Positions 14,201 to 29,200 of a stretch of 64,000 nucleotides of DNA are shown piece by piece. The notes below the pieces were generated by a model that was not told the origin of the DNA, made no database searches, and worked only from the letters and a program-made list of their open reading frames with translations. The stretch's first letter is position 1; each line of letters begins with the position of its first letter. Origin of the DNA: Lytechinus pictus (Eukaryota). The position numbers and the translations under genes were made by a program. Location: positions 25,112,001-25,176,000 of the forward strand of contig NC_087252.1 in the NCBI RefSeq assembly GCF_037042905.1, read 5' to 3'.

Positions 14201-17200
14201 AGATGTAAGAGCAATTACGTTCATTTATTTAGTTATTTCCTCTTTAAGGATATTCATAGCATATAATGAATAAGAATATTCCAGAATGTCTCAGTAAAGC
14301 TTTGTTAGGCATGCTATTTAATAAGATAGAATAATATTTGTTATCTCTGGAATGTACTAAGACAGACAATAGACTGCTAGTGGCAGTGAAAAGGACAATA
14401 GGATTAGCTATGTTGTTTACATTGTTAATTTCACTGAGGTCATCCAAGAGTCTTCTAGAAGTGGACTATTCTAGAAAGAAGGATGATGTTCTTTTTTTAA
14501 AGACAATACTACAAGCTTCCAGAATAGTGGAAATTTATGTATATAAGCTGGCAGTTTCTTCAAGGACATCATCATATCAGATCAGAACTCAGAGTTTCAC
14601 ACCAGACTTTATGTCAAAGCATAGTTTATTTCCAACTGGAATACAACATTTATTTTCTGTGGAATTATTTGCACGGCATCAATGAACTGTTGCAGTTACT
14701 TTGAGAGAGGAATTCTCAGTTCTCATCGAGATCATCAACTTGTTTTAATGAACGCTTTTCAACCCATGGATTGCTGAAATTGACTGTTAATCAACATCGT
14801 CTTCAACTCGTTACAGTGACTCTTGTTATTCATCGTGCTTCAACATCGATTTCATCATCACCATCATTGTGAACTTTACTTTAAGGAAACTTTCCAACCA
14901 ACTTGGATTTTATTTGGATTTATAACATAACCTTGGATTGTGCATCTAACTCTTCAAGACATGTAAGATCATTGTTATTTTTTGTTTTGTTGAATGATCT
15001 ATTTCCTGTAATAAAAGAAAAGGAAATCAAATTTAAAACTAAATTTTCATTGTTATTTGTTGCAGTATCGTAACATGAGGAGAATGATGATCATGCTTAT
15101 TTGTTTTGTGATGAAGGTTATAACAAAAAGATGTTCAAGGGAATAGGTTTCATGTAGTAGGAAAACAATAGGAATAAAGATGATGATGATAATGATGGTA
15201 ATGATGCTGATGATAGTGATGCTAATGATGGTATGAAGATCAAATGATCTTTCCTTCCTCCTTCCATTCTCCTCCTGTACCTGCTCTTGTTCTTCTTTTA
15301 CTTCTTATCATTTTACCACTGTTACTCTAACTTTCCTCCTTATCATATCTTATCATAACTCATCCTCTCTCTTTTTGTAGTTTTCTTTTTCTTCCACTTC
15401 TCTTCTCTTTATCTCGTTCTTCCTCTTCTTCATCATCATCTTCTACTCCTTTCTCTTCTTCTTCTTCTTTCTCTTCTTTTTTTCTTCTTCGTTTTTTTTT
15501 TCTTCTTCTACTCCTCCTTTCTCTTCTTCTCCTCCTCCTTTCTCTTTTTCTTCTTCTCCTCCTTTCTCTTCATCTTCTTTTTCTTTGTCTTCTTCTCCTC
15601 CTTTCTCCTTCTTCTTCTTCTCTTCCTTCTCTTTCTGCTTTCACACAATATGAAGCTGAACCATATTTCTAAAATACAGCTTTGTCTGAGGTGCCCTAAT
15701 TTTTTTTTCAATTTTGAGATACATCTCCACACCTGCAGTCAGACCGCAGGTCCCTATGCTAATGAGCAAAAAGGCCAGATTAATCCAAATCATCTCGTGG
15801 CTGAATCCTCCTCCTTGCAAAATCTCGTGATTCGTGAGATTTTCTTTATCTAAGAATTTACCTGTTTTTACCTCAAGTTAAATGAAATATTATTGCACCA
15901 TCAGATAGAGTAAATGTTACTCTTTCATATTGGTCATTTATTTTGTATACAATATTTTGTTAAATAAGTAAATTTCTGGCCTGAAAATGTGCCTCAAATC
16001 TGAATTTTCTTCCTCTGTTTTCTTTTGCAAATTGTGCAAAACTTTTTATTTTGAGCCTCAATGATATCTATATCACCATAAAGCTGAACTTCTGTACTTT
16101 CTCACATTGCCACTCTTGATATGCGGCACCTTTTAATCGGGTCAAGATCACACTTTTCCCACCAAGGTACAAGACGAAATTTTGTACTTGCATGAAATCC
16201 AGAGTTCTGATTGGCTGGATAAGGTTCACAGAATAACAGGCACGGGGTATTTGAGGAGATTAACACATAGGAAGTGTGACCTTCCCATGAACCCAGGCAC
16301 TGGAACCGTTGTAATTTGCCAGTGTGTGGTCTCTTTGACCAATCAGAGTGCAGTATTCTTGTTTTCAAGCTGCTTTATGTACTTTGCAAATGAAAAGTGT
16401 GATCTTGACCCGATAAAACCAATTCTTATTTTGAAACCTATATTATTTTAAAGCATACATATTCAGCTTTATCATGATCTAAAAATCATTTGGGCTCAAA
16501 CAAAAATAAAGTGTGAAAATAGCAGCTTTTGTCAGGTGAAAATAATTATTTTGTAGCATATTTTAGATCAAAAATTTAACCTATATTACAAAATCTTTGA
16601 ATAAATTCAAACACATGAACTGAAAGAATGATTCTTCTTCTTTACAATGATACAAAATTCATGAAATTCGATGCACAAGTAGAGCAGCAATGACCGAATG
16701 AAAAGAGGTGTTTTGGTCCGCATCAAGCTCATTAAATATGCAAAACATCTCAAGTCATGAATATCACTTGGATGAAAGAAGCCACTTTCTTGGGACCTGC
16801 CGTCTGACTGCCTGGTGATGATAGCCTCCTGCCAACAATATCACTGCATCAAAAAGAACATTATCTGTCAAACTTACTATAATCATAGGTAGAACAGTTC
16901 ACAAGTGCGCCATGACCTTCATCTTCACCCATTGAACAATCTCTGAAGTTATCACAAAGAGAGAAGCTATCGATACAGTGCCCATCGTAACACTGTGTCT
17001 GCCCGGCTGTGCAGTCAGCAAACTCGTGAGCTGAAAAAAAAAACCAAAGCAGATCAAAATAATAATAATGATCTAGTGGCTCGTTACATTTAAATTACTA
17101 TAAATATGGGTTCAACTTTACCGGTTTGTTTTCACTTGATCTACTAGCAGATGGTCTAATTTCCCAGATCATCTAACACCATTTTGGCTCATCCTACTTG

Positions 17201-20200
17201 GTCTACTTTCAATTTGGTCCAATAATCACTTGGTCCAACAGCCATCACTTGGAATAATCCTCCTTTAGCCTAACTGTCATTTAGCCTGTCCAGGTGGTCT
17301 ATTTTCAACAGTCATGAATATTCATGAGCTTTGCAATAGTCCAGGGATAAGGCATGTACAGTACAGTGTGAAATGTGATAAAAATCATAAACCTGGCGAA
17401 GCAAATAGTATGGGCTTAAGAAAGACAGTGTGAAACACCCAAAACATAGTATAGGGTTAAGGATAGTCCGGGGTTAAGGATAATATCGGGTTAAGGAAAA
17501 GTAGTGTGAAAAGCTTACAAGCATATTACACATTAGGGTCCTACAGTCCTTTAGTATTTTAGTTGTGGTTAAGCCCTCTGTAGATTAGATTTTTTCTTGA
17601 TACAAATAAACTATCATTGCTTAATAAGTGCGGTCTATCATCATTATCATTACTTACTGGTGATGTTTGTAGTTGTGACGGTCAGGTCAAACCCTCGGCC
17701 ATTCGCAAAGACGCCGCAGTGAAATTGCATCCAAGCAACACTGCTCGGGACAACAACCTCGTTCCAAGCAGTGCGATGGTAGTAGGCGGTATAGAACGAG
17801 TCCACGTCATCAGGGTCAGCACCGGTCCCGAAGGAAAGATACGTGGAGATGGTGACCGAGAAGTCTTGGAAAGTGACGTGGACGTAGAGTCCGTCCGGTA
17901 CCGTGATAATCCATAGATAATAGCAGCCGCTGTCATGTGGGACAGGGTAGCCAGGGGATCGGATCACCTGGGATTCACCCTCAGACAGTGAAATGTTTAC
18001 TGTTGATAAATTTAGACAAATAACATTAAAATGATATTAATAATAGCTGGATTTATACTGTACATCCCTTTTTTTTTGGCCAGAGGATACAAAGCGCAAC
18101 AACTATTGCCCAAACTTAATAGCCCGATTGCCGCTTTACCAGTAGCACTAAGTGCATTCAAGCAATTTATATTAGATTCCCGGGGGGGCCACTTCCATTC
18201 ACGAGTGGATACCATGCGCGACCATGGGGTCTCGAAAAGCACCCTAAACACGTAATTTCCATATTCTGAAAATGCACCCCTTAACAAGTATTGGCGTGTG
18301 AAACCCTACCCTTAACAAGTATTGGAAACAAAACGATACTCTTGGCAAATATTCCCTGAAATGAACCCCTAAACAAGTACAGGAATGTTTTATTGTTATG
18401 GGTCCTTCGGTCGTCGGCTTTACCTTATTTGGTTTAGTACGACCCCACCTTCTACACCTCGCGCAAATCGGACTCTAAACACGAAGTGTTGGGGCAAAAT
18501 GGACATCCTTTATAAAACATTTTAATTTTGTTTTATCATTCCCGCAAATTCGACCCTAAACACGTAATTTTCCTACCGAAATAGACACCCTTTTTTCATT
18601 ATTTTTGTGTTTTTGACACCCTTATCACGTTACGTACGTAACGTGCCCTATCGTGAAAAGGACATCCTTTTTACGTGTTTTTTTGGTCGCGCATGGTATC
18701 CACTCGTCAATGTAAGTGGCCCCCCCGGGATTAGATTACCCATTCACTTCACCTGGGTCGAGTGCAGCACAACGTGGATAAATTTCTTGCTGAAGGAGAA
18801 CAGCAATATATGGCTGGGATCAAAACCTAGATTCAATGTTTGAAAGACAAGAGTCAGAACCACTAGACCATTCGAAGGATATATACATGTATATATATAT
18901 ATATATACTAATATTCATATTTATATATGGCCGTTCCCATATGTGAAATCCCCTTCCCCCCCGGAATGATAAACAGACCATTGACTTTGAAATGGGGGTG
19001 AATGTGCTATCCATGAAGGGTGAAAAACGTGAGCTAAATTAGAATGTGACAATACAAACCTGTGTTTTCCAACGTTCCGCAGTCCATCTCGTCAGAAAGA
19101 GTAAAACAATCATAGAAGGCATCGCATTTGTAGACCCCAGGTATGCAGGCTCCATCGCTGCAAGTGTATTCATCCTCTTCACATGGACCTGTGCAAAAAT
19201 CATATTCTTGATTGATTGATTGACAACGAATTTATTCATTCCAAAATTTCAACAAAGTTACAAAGTAAAGCAAAATATAATATAACATTTTGAAATGAAA
19301 TAGGAACCTTCTGGAAAGCAAAGCTTGTTATTGAAGGTTTCCTTCAATAAATAAGACTTAATGCAAAAAACAATATATATATATATAATATACTAATCAT
19401 ATCGTTCTTGTTGTAGTTCAAAATAGATACAATAAACAAGTCATCATATCTTTCTTGTAAAAATTATATGTAAATCCTTGTTAAATGTATTTTTTTTTTT
19501 TTTTTACATATTCTCCCAAGTAAAAAAATAAACAAGGCTGGATTATCTTACAAGATTATCTTAGTAGTTTGTATGAAATCATCAGTTTTCTTCTCAATTT
19601 TCAGTACTTATTACTGAAGATCAGTTTTACTTGACAGCTCTGGGCCCCGTCTTACAAAGATTTACGATTGATCCAATCAATTGCAACTATGGATGGCCAG
19701 CAACGTCAACATCTTTTATTCATGTTTGTTCAAAATATTTTCTAACTATAATGTACACTCATGCATTCATTGTTTTCTTGAAAATTCACTGCGCTTCTCT
19801 TCGCATACAGAGGACATTGTGCAAGTTTTTCGTAAAAATAAATTATGACACTGATTGATATCCATAGAGTTACGATTGATTGGGATTGGATCAATCTTAA
19901 CTCTTTGTAAAGCCGTTACAACAAATTTCCTTTTAATTCTTCTTTAACCCTAAAAAGACTGGGGGGGGGGGGCTGATTCAGCCCCCCCCTCGACATTTTT
20001 CGCGATAAATCTGTAATGCGAAAAGCTGGCGCCGCGCCGTTCCATGACTTTTTTCTTTTAAGTCTTGCGCAACTTTTGAGACCAAATTTGCGACCCCCGG
20101 GTACGTGGTTCCGAAATTACGCAACATTTCGTAAGTACATGTCGACCCAAAATTGCTAAAAAACGTGAATTTGTGTACAAATCCAATGCAAATTGTGTTT

Positions 20201-23200
20201 TCAGCCAAAATTCATAAATGTATCATTATTTTCAATTTTACTAATCAAACTAAATTAATTTCATCTTGTTTATGGTCAGAATAAAGTCACGGATGATTTT
20301 CATTGAAAAAACAATAAAAAACAAAAAGTAAAAAAACAAAGAAATACATAAGAAATTTTTAAAACAATAAAATACATAAGAAAAGAATTGTGATGTTGAA
20401 TTTTTTTTCATGTACATTTGATTAGAATCCTACAAAGAGTCTATGAATAAAAAAATTAGCAGTTTAGAGGCCTTATTTAGTTAATTAGAGCAAATCTTTG
20501 ATTTTACGTATAAATTAGCATAATTAATGAATTTTGAAATTTTTCGGAAAATTTGATCCTACAGTCTTGGAGATTATGCCGTGGGTAATGCACGTGCCAA
20601 TTTTCGTCGTGATCGACGGCCGAGATCATAGGGGGGGGGGCTGAATCAGCCCCCCCCCCCAGTCTTCTTAGGCATCAAAATAGCCCAGTCTATTTAGGGT
20701 TAAACCCATATTACATCACAACAATTTTATATTTAGGAGTGAATTTTTTTCAAACATATGTACTTTTTCAAAGCTTTCCAAAACACTTCTTCATTATTAT
20801 CATGATTATACTGTAATTGTTTTTGTAATTGTAACATTGCCGTTTTGTTGATTTTTTGTGTGTTTTTATGCTTTTTTGTAAAACATTTGTCAATTCAGCT
20901 AACAAGCTGCGATCATATGTTTTAATACATCTTTAATCTCTCATCTCTCATCTCTTGAAGACGGGGCATGCTACAGGAACAGCCCCGTACCAGTCCTTAC
21001 TTTAACAAGAATTTACAATGGACTGTAATGCATTTTATTCTATTAGGTTGACTCTCATAAACTGTACCTCTTATCTCCATGTAAGTATTTGACATGCATA
21101 TGTAAATTGATGCCAAACTATTAGAATATCCATATTTCCAAAAAGTTGCCAGCTTTAACCCTGGCTAGACTGAGCCCATTCTGTTGATGTCACAGCAACA
21201 ATAAGCATTTCAGATTTTACATTTATTTATCTTCAGAGCACCGGTTCTTTCAAAATCAAACTGGTTCCTGATGAAAATCGTCAAGAACCGGTGTCTTCAA
21301 CCATAACAACTGAACACTAGTCTTCACTATAAATATCATTCTCACTTTCATTGTTTGTTACCAGTCACCCCAAATTAACAATAAGTTGCCATTTAAGGCT
21401 CCATGCAAATAGCGAAAAAAACTAATTTGGTCTTTAAAAATAAAACATAAGCTTTACCCTTATTAAACCGGGGGGTTCAATTTGAACCCCCCTCAACAAA
21501 TTTCATCACTACGCCGTTGCGCAATTTTTTTGACCGCGTCGCTCGCTGACTTTTACTTTCGCATCTTTTAAGAGCCAATTTGCGAAGCCCGGGTATGCGG
21601 TTCCAAAATCACGCAACATTTTGTAAGTGCGTGTCAGACCAAAAATTGCTCAAAAACGTGATTCCGTGTACAAAGTCAATGAAAATTATGTTTTTCAACC
21701 AATAATCCTAAACGTATGATTATTTTTACTTTTGGTTGTTTAAATGGATTTATTGTATGCTATTTATGATCGCAAAATGGTCCCCTACAAACTTCATTAA
21801 AAAAAACAATAAAAAACAAAGAAATACATAAGAATAAAAAAAAAATGAAATACATATGAAATTGATTATAATTTTGCAGATATTTGTCCAAAATGTAAAA
21901 ATTGATACTCTCACCTAAAGTTAGCATTCTACTAGCTATATAAATTGAGTTAAAGCCAAAAATATAAACCACCCCAATTTAGGGCGAATTTCATACACTT
22001 ATTTGCATAATTAATGAAAAAATATAATTTTTTGAAAATTTTACTATACTGTCTTGTAGGTTACATCGTGCTCTATGCGCATGCAAATTTTTGCGGCGAT
22101 CGCGCAATCAGCGGCCGAGATCTGAGGGCGGAGGGGGGGTGCCAAATTGCCCCCCCCCCCCGTATAAAGGGCCTGAAAAAGCCCAGTAAAGATAGGGTTA
22201 AATGGAAGAGTTATTAGTTGTGTATCAATTTAAGAATTTTAGGATGTGCCCTTTTTAACTCAATAAAGCCTAAAATCCATTTTGGGAGACTTATTGTTGG
22301 TTTTGGGGTGGCAACAAAATCAAAGGAAATAGAGATCTATTGGGAATATCAATAAATATTATCTACAAGGTCTCGAAAGAGTCCCATCCTTACCGCAAGT
22401 GGCTTCATCTTTTCCATTTGAGCAATCGATAAAGTCATCACATTGCCAAAAAAGGTAAATACATTCCCCTGGGGCACATTCGTACAAGTGGTCAGGACAG
22501 GCTGCAGATACAAACAGAACATGGTCATTATTAAAACTAGCACATCAATGATGTGGTGCTCATCCCGCATCTTGCTACAAAATTTAACACAATTTTTATT
22601 TTCAGCCCAGGAGACACTGTAGTGAATTATATTGGTGACAAAAATTGAGGAAACAAATTTGAAATTGATAAAGAAATGACAGGGAAGAAGCAATTTTTGT
22701 GATTTATGAATAAATTTTGTATAAATCAGCATAAATTTTGTATAAATTAGCATAAATTATATTCTAGTCAAAATTCCTCAATTCTGTGTAGAACCTTGGT
22801 CATGCAGTTTTCATATGGAACCCAAAAAAATCAAAATCGGTCAACAAATAAATAAGAAGAATTTTTCTGTGAGTTTTGAAAAATATGCATAAATTAGCAT
22901 GAATAATTTCCTAATCAAAATGTCAAAATTCTGTGTACAAGTTTGGTGAACCTCATGCAGGTCTACTAGATTGGAGAAAAAAAAAATTATGTGTCGAAGT
23001 TTTGTATCCCCACCAGGAGCTATCATATAAAGCAAACTAAATTGAAATTGATAAAACAAATGAGGGAGAAAAGGCTTTTTTTTTTTTAATGAATCAACTT
23101 CACATAAATAAGCTTAAAAATTTTCTAGTCAAAATTTCAAAATTCTGTGTACAAGCTTGGTGAACCTCATGCATGCAGCTCTACTAGATGGAAGAATAAA

Positions 23201-26200
23201 AAAATCAAAATCAGTCAACAAATTAAGAAAGAGAGGAATTTTCTGTGATTTATGAATAAATTTTGCATGAATTAGGGTAAATGATTTTCTACTCAAAAGT
23301 TTGGAGAACCTCATAAACCTCTACCAGATGGAAGAAAAAAAATCAAAATCAGTCAACAAATAAAGAAGAAGAAAAACATGCACAAATTGATTTCACATAA
23401 ATAAGCATACAAATTTTTCTTGTCAAAATTCTGTGTAAAAGTTTGGTAAATGAACCTCATGAAGCTCTATTAGATGGAAGCAAAAAAAAATCCAAATCGG
23501 TCCACAAATAAACGAGTAGCATTTTTGTGAATTTTGAAAAATGCGCATAAATAGCATATTTAATGAGTTTTAAAATTCTGTGAACAAGTTTTGAATCCCC
23601 CACCTAGTGCTTTCATATAAAGGAAACAGAATTGAAATCGGACTTGAAATGACAAAGAAGAAGCATTTTGAAATTTGGACGGACGACAGACGACGGACAA
23701 TGGACGCCACGCCATGGTATAAGCTAAAAATGAAAATTCATATTTTATTGTTCGAAAGAGACATGAAATGAAATACTCAGAAAATTTGCTTTGCCCAATT
23801 GATCATGGGCCCGGCAGCCGCTGTGCAGCGTCAGATCGTCGAGGCTCTATCCTTTTAATCATTGAACGCAAAACAGGGTAGCAGCAACTCCCATCTTATA
23901 ATGTCTTTTGGTCTGACACATCCGGGATTTGAACCCTCGACCAATGCTGGCAAGCAAGCGTTCCTAGCCACTGCTCCAAGAGCATGGAACAATTTCCCCA
24001 ACTCTACAAAGAATGCAGCTTTACTCATTCTATTCAAGAAATATCTAACTCCCGCTCGCCAGCATTGGCCACCTCAGACCAAAATATGTTATAATAGGGG
24101 AGTTGCTGCTACCCTGTTTGGCGTTTGATAATTAAAGGGATAGAGCCTCGTCGATCTGGCGCTGCACAGCTGCCGCCGGGCCGCGCCACGATCAATTGGG
24201 CAAAGCAAAATTTCGGAGTATTTCATTTCATGTCTATTTCGGACAATAAAATATGGATTGGAGATGTAACGTGCTTTGTACCTTTCCAAGGAAAGGCGCT
24301 ACAGAAATTTTATTATTATTGTGACAATGACTCACGGCAATATTCTTCATCATTAACACAGTCAATTAAACCATCACACCTCCATGATTCGTGGATACAA
24401 GCACCATCGTTGCAGGTGAATTGATGTGGCTGGCAAGTTCCTGGGAAACAAAAAAATATTGATTGCTTGGACTTATTATTTATTACCAGATGACATAATC
24501 AAATGTAAACATGAACATTTAAAAACATCAGTAAATATTCTACCCTTTATACAAGAAATGTGTTTTTTCACAATAATTTGAAGCTGATATGAGTTCTTTA
24601 AAAAAAAAATACCGTAAAATACATAAGATGATCACCAACATCAGAATGGCCTAGGTAACATAACAAAGATGTAAGAGTGAGGTGATATTGTTTATGAGAT
24701 TGCTCATAACACAATAATCAACGCAAGCAACCATAGACTATTTTAGCCCTACAATCAATCGATATACTCTACATGTAAATAACAGGGGCGAGGTCACTAT
24801 GTTACGACATGGCAGCTATCAGTGTCAGGGATTGAACTGTATGTGTTATTCCTGAAATCATTAAAAAGACAGTTTAACATAATCAGCAACTTCTTAATAA
24901 TAATGAAAATGACATGACTTGATCGCCCATTTCTGAGCTGTTAGCATAACAGCTTGGTACATGTTCTTCCACGGGGTCCAATGTAACATTAATGATATAC
25001 AAAAAGTCATGAACAATGGTATTCTCGTCGTCCCTTCCACTCATTGTTCTCTGATGCCCATCGATTTCCATTACCATTTTATTGTATACTCTTAGAAATA
25101 ATTATTTGCATGCAATTCAAATCTGTACGTTGATTGTTTTTTTTTACTTGGCATTTATTTATGAATTCATGTTTCCCTCTTTTTGTTTCATTTTTATTTA
25201 TTCTCCTTCTCTTTCTTGTCAAATTGATATTTTTATGAGACTCCCACTGCATATTCATAGGAGCCTTCAACCAACAAGCTTTGCTTTTACTTTTGGCTCC
25301 CTCATATCCACATCTCTCATTTTCTTTCTTTTCGTCATTATTTTATAAGCACCAACTACAAGAATACTTTCTAGCATTTTTCTTTTATCATCTAATCATG
25401 TATACATTTCATATTTTACAAGGATAATTATTTATGCTTATCTATGAAAATCTGTATTATCTATTATTGCTTGTATTGAGTTATTGACATTTGAAAATGT
25501 GACAAGTTGATATGAATATATCTTGAGCCTAATCTCATCAACCAAAACAGATGACTCGTGCATTTTCAACAGCAGCACCTGCCTTCTGAAATAGGCTTCC
25601 TGACCCACTTTAGAGATATTGGAACCTCCGCTAGCTTGGAAAGAGCCCTAAAAACTTATTTATGTTCTAGGTTTTCAGTCTGGATCTGGATGTGTGTGAT
25701 TGTTTTTTCTCTGCACCCATGTGTTTGAAAGCTTGATGCAGACAGAATACTCACATATACATCCAGAATTAGAATTAGGCTGGGTTTATGTTCATACAAA
25801 AGTCTGATATTTTAGATTACATAATGTTATATTTCAATATGTTCTTATTACATGTACGTCTGATGAATCATTTAACCATCTTGCTGTACATAATTCATAT
25901 TTTGTTTATTCATAATTGTAAAGTGCTTAAAGAACTATACTAGTTATCAACCACTTATTACTATTATTATCATTATTGGAAAGTCAAAAGGGGCCTAAGC
26001 TTTCGATCCTAGCAGAATTTTTGTCGGAGGCAAAATGACAAACATATAAAGTGGAACAACCATAATATAGACCACAGACAAGCTACAGCAACACTAGAAA
26101 CAAGGAGACAAAAGGGGCATATTATGGTTGTTCCACTTTATATGTTTGTCATTTTGCCTCCGACGAAGATTCTGCTAGGATCGAAAGCTTAGGCCCCTTT

Positions 26201-29200
26201 TGACTTTCTAATTTACTCCTTTGGCTCTCTTTTATTAGATAAGCAGTTTTCAGCAGCTTCTTTTTACTATTATCATTATTGTATACAAAAAAATGAGTGA
26301 TCAAATCAAAATATAGTATTTCAAACTGAATCTCTATTCATTATTCTACACAGTTACTAAAAAACATCCCCTCCTAGAGTAATTGTGAAAGCGACCCTTT
26401 TCCTCCAGTCATTGATTGTAGTTTATAGGTTACAAATTGTTAAGGCCCCCATTCCACAGAGGGAAGACCTTTGAAAGACCGAAAATTGGCTAGGTCTTAC
26501 AGCAGTCTCCAAGATCACTGAAATTCTCATCTCTGTGGAATGGCTCAGAAAGACCCCTCAAAGAACTCTGAAAGACTGATTGATACTTTCTTAGGCTAGT
26601 TCTATAGATATCTTTCAATGGTCTTTCAGAGATCTTTTATGCAACAAGTGATCTTTCAGATTTCTTGCCATGGAATTTTCCTTGTCTTTCAATGATCTTT
26701 CACAGATCTTTCAATGATCTCTCATGAGTATTGCAGTGCTCTCCATAAAAATCTTGAGAGACTGTAAAAAGATCATGGAAAGACTAATAAGAACTTTTAA
26801 AGTTTATCGAAAGACTGCTGAAAGACCACCAAAAGACTCTTTTCTTGGAAGACTGCTGAAAGACTGTTTTGAACCATAAATTTTGGGACTCACGAGGACC
26901 ACAAAGACCATTGAAAGATCCATCAGGAATCGTGAAAGACCTCGGAGATCTTTGAAAGTTCGTTGAAGGACCCTTGAAAGATCAAGCAAGTTTCATGGTC
27001 TTACAGCAGTCTTTCAGAGGTCTTGCTCTGTGTGGAATGGGGGTTTAAACATGAAAGACAAATGGTATGGGCCCTACCTCCAACTGCGGTACACCTAGCT
27101 TCATCTTCATTTTGAAGACAGTCATGAATGCCATCACACTCGAATGTTGCCAGGATGCAAGTTCCATCGAAGCAAGCAAACTCCCATGGTGCACACGTAC
27201 CGGGTGGGATTGCCGTTGGGGTAGCTACATGTAGAAGAAAAGAAGGTTAGGCATCGGTTTAACTCATTTGATCTGGGGAATTCGTGAGTGAGAAAAAAAA
27301 ATCCTGGGGTGGTATTCAGAGATCCATTTTAAGGAAAAAGTATGTTATCAAAGCGAGCAAAGTGCACTGGCGCACACGTACTGGGTGGGATTGCTGTTGG
27401 CGTAGCTACACGTAAAAGAAAAGAAGTTTACAGACAAAGTTTAGACAACGGTTAAAGAGGAATCCAACCCAAATAAAAACTTTTTATAAGGAAAATAAAA
27501 ATCAGACAAATTGATAGGTGAAAGTTTGAACAATATTGGACAAACAACAAGAAAGTTATGAATTTTTAAAAGTTGTAATTATTGGTAATCACTATACTCA
27601 TGGTGACTTCAAATTGGCTGCATATGGGATGTCATAGTGATGTAAGGCAAGGACTACTCTTCCATGTAATCCAATACATATTATGGCTAAAATGTAATTT
27701 TTCCTAAAAGTTTTATTTCAAATTATATTTTTCTTTCATGAGGACATTAAACAATATACTACCTGGGTTATGTTTAGATTACTGCCCCAGGGGAATGGGT
27801 ACTTAGGAGAAAACCACAAATCCCTGATAATAAAGTACATGGCCTATGGGAAAGTTGTCCTTGCCCCTTGTCATAATTTACTTACCCAGTTGCCAATTTG
27901 AAATCTATATAGTATTAGTGATCTCAATTTTAAAGCAGCTATAACTTTCTTATCGCTTGTCCGATTTCTTTCAAACTTTCACCATTCTGTTTAATTTATT
28001 TTTCTGCTTCCCAACACAACATTTTATAGCCAAGGCTGGATTCCCCTTTAACTCCTCAAATTTGATCAGGGATTTCGTGAGTGAGAAAAAAAATCCTGGG
28101 GTGGTATTCAGAAATCCAATTTAAGGAAATGTTATATCATAGGGATACAAGTTTTATCAAAGCAAGCAAACTAAACTGGCGCTCACGTACTGGGTGGGAT
28201 TGCTGTTGGGATAGCTACATGTAGAAGAAAAGAAGTTAAAGGTCAAGTCCACCCTCGAAAAATGTTGATTTGAATCATTAGAGAAAAATCAAACAAGCAT
28301 AATGCTGAAAATTTCATCGGATTCGGATATAAAATAAGAAAGTTATGACATTATAAAAGTTTCGCTAATTTTTTACAAAACAGTTATCTCAGTGGAATGA
28401 AAATGAGAGAGTCGATGATGTCCCTCACTCACTATTTCTTTAATTGTTGTTTGTTTGAATTATACAATATTTCAATTTCTACAGATAAAAATAATAATCA
28501 TCAACTTGACTGAACAATGAAATGTTAAAACAATGGTAGTTCCACATGTTCAGGGAGGAATAAAACTTCATTTCAGATGACAATGAGGAGAAAATTTAAA
28601 TATTTTATATCATGAAAATACAAAATAAATAGTGAGTGATGCCATCAGTCCCCTCATTTCCATACCGACCAGGATGTGCATACAACTGTTTTGTGAAATT
28701 ACGCAAAACTTTAAAATGTTGTAACTTTCTTATTTTATATCCGATTTTGACAGAATTTTCAGCATTATGCTAGTTGGACTTTTCTCTTTTTACTCAATTT
28801 AACTTCTTGTTAGTATGGACTTGTCCTTTAAAAGACAAAGTTTAGGAATCGGTTTAACTCCTCAAATTGATCAGGGGATTTTGTGGGAGGGAAAAAGAAT
28901 CCTGTTAGAATAATTGAGGTAAAATATCCTTACAACCTCTCTGAATAGGTATTCTGAGATCTGTTTCATCCAGGTGCGGATCCAGGGGGGGGGGTGGGGC
29001 ACATGCCCCCCCTTTTGAGAAGCAATGAGAAGCAAAATTAAATTTGTAATGTAAAAATGCCATTCAAAACAAGGTGTGGCCCCTCTTTTGTAATAGAAGA
29101 CCCTTTTTTTACGAAATATCCTAAATTTGTGGTTGAAAACCTTTTTTTTTTTTTTGGGGGGGGGGGGGGCCTTGTCAAAATTTTCCTCCAAAAAATTTGC

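Noticed and set aside
15508..15732. Lys/Arg/Glu-rich ORF
   Set aside because: (CTT)n microsatellite.
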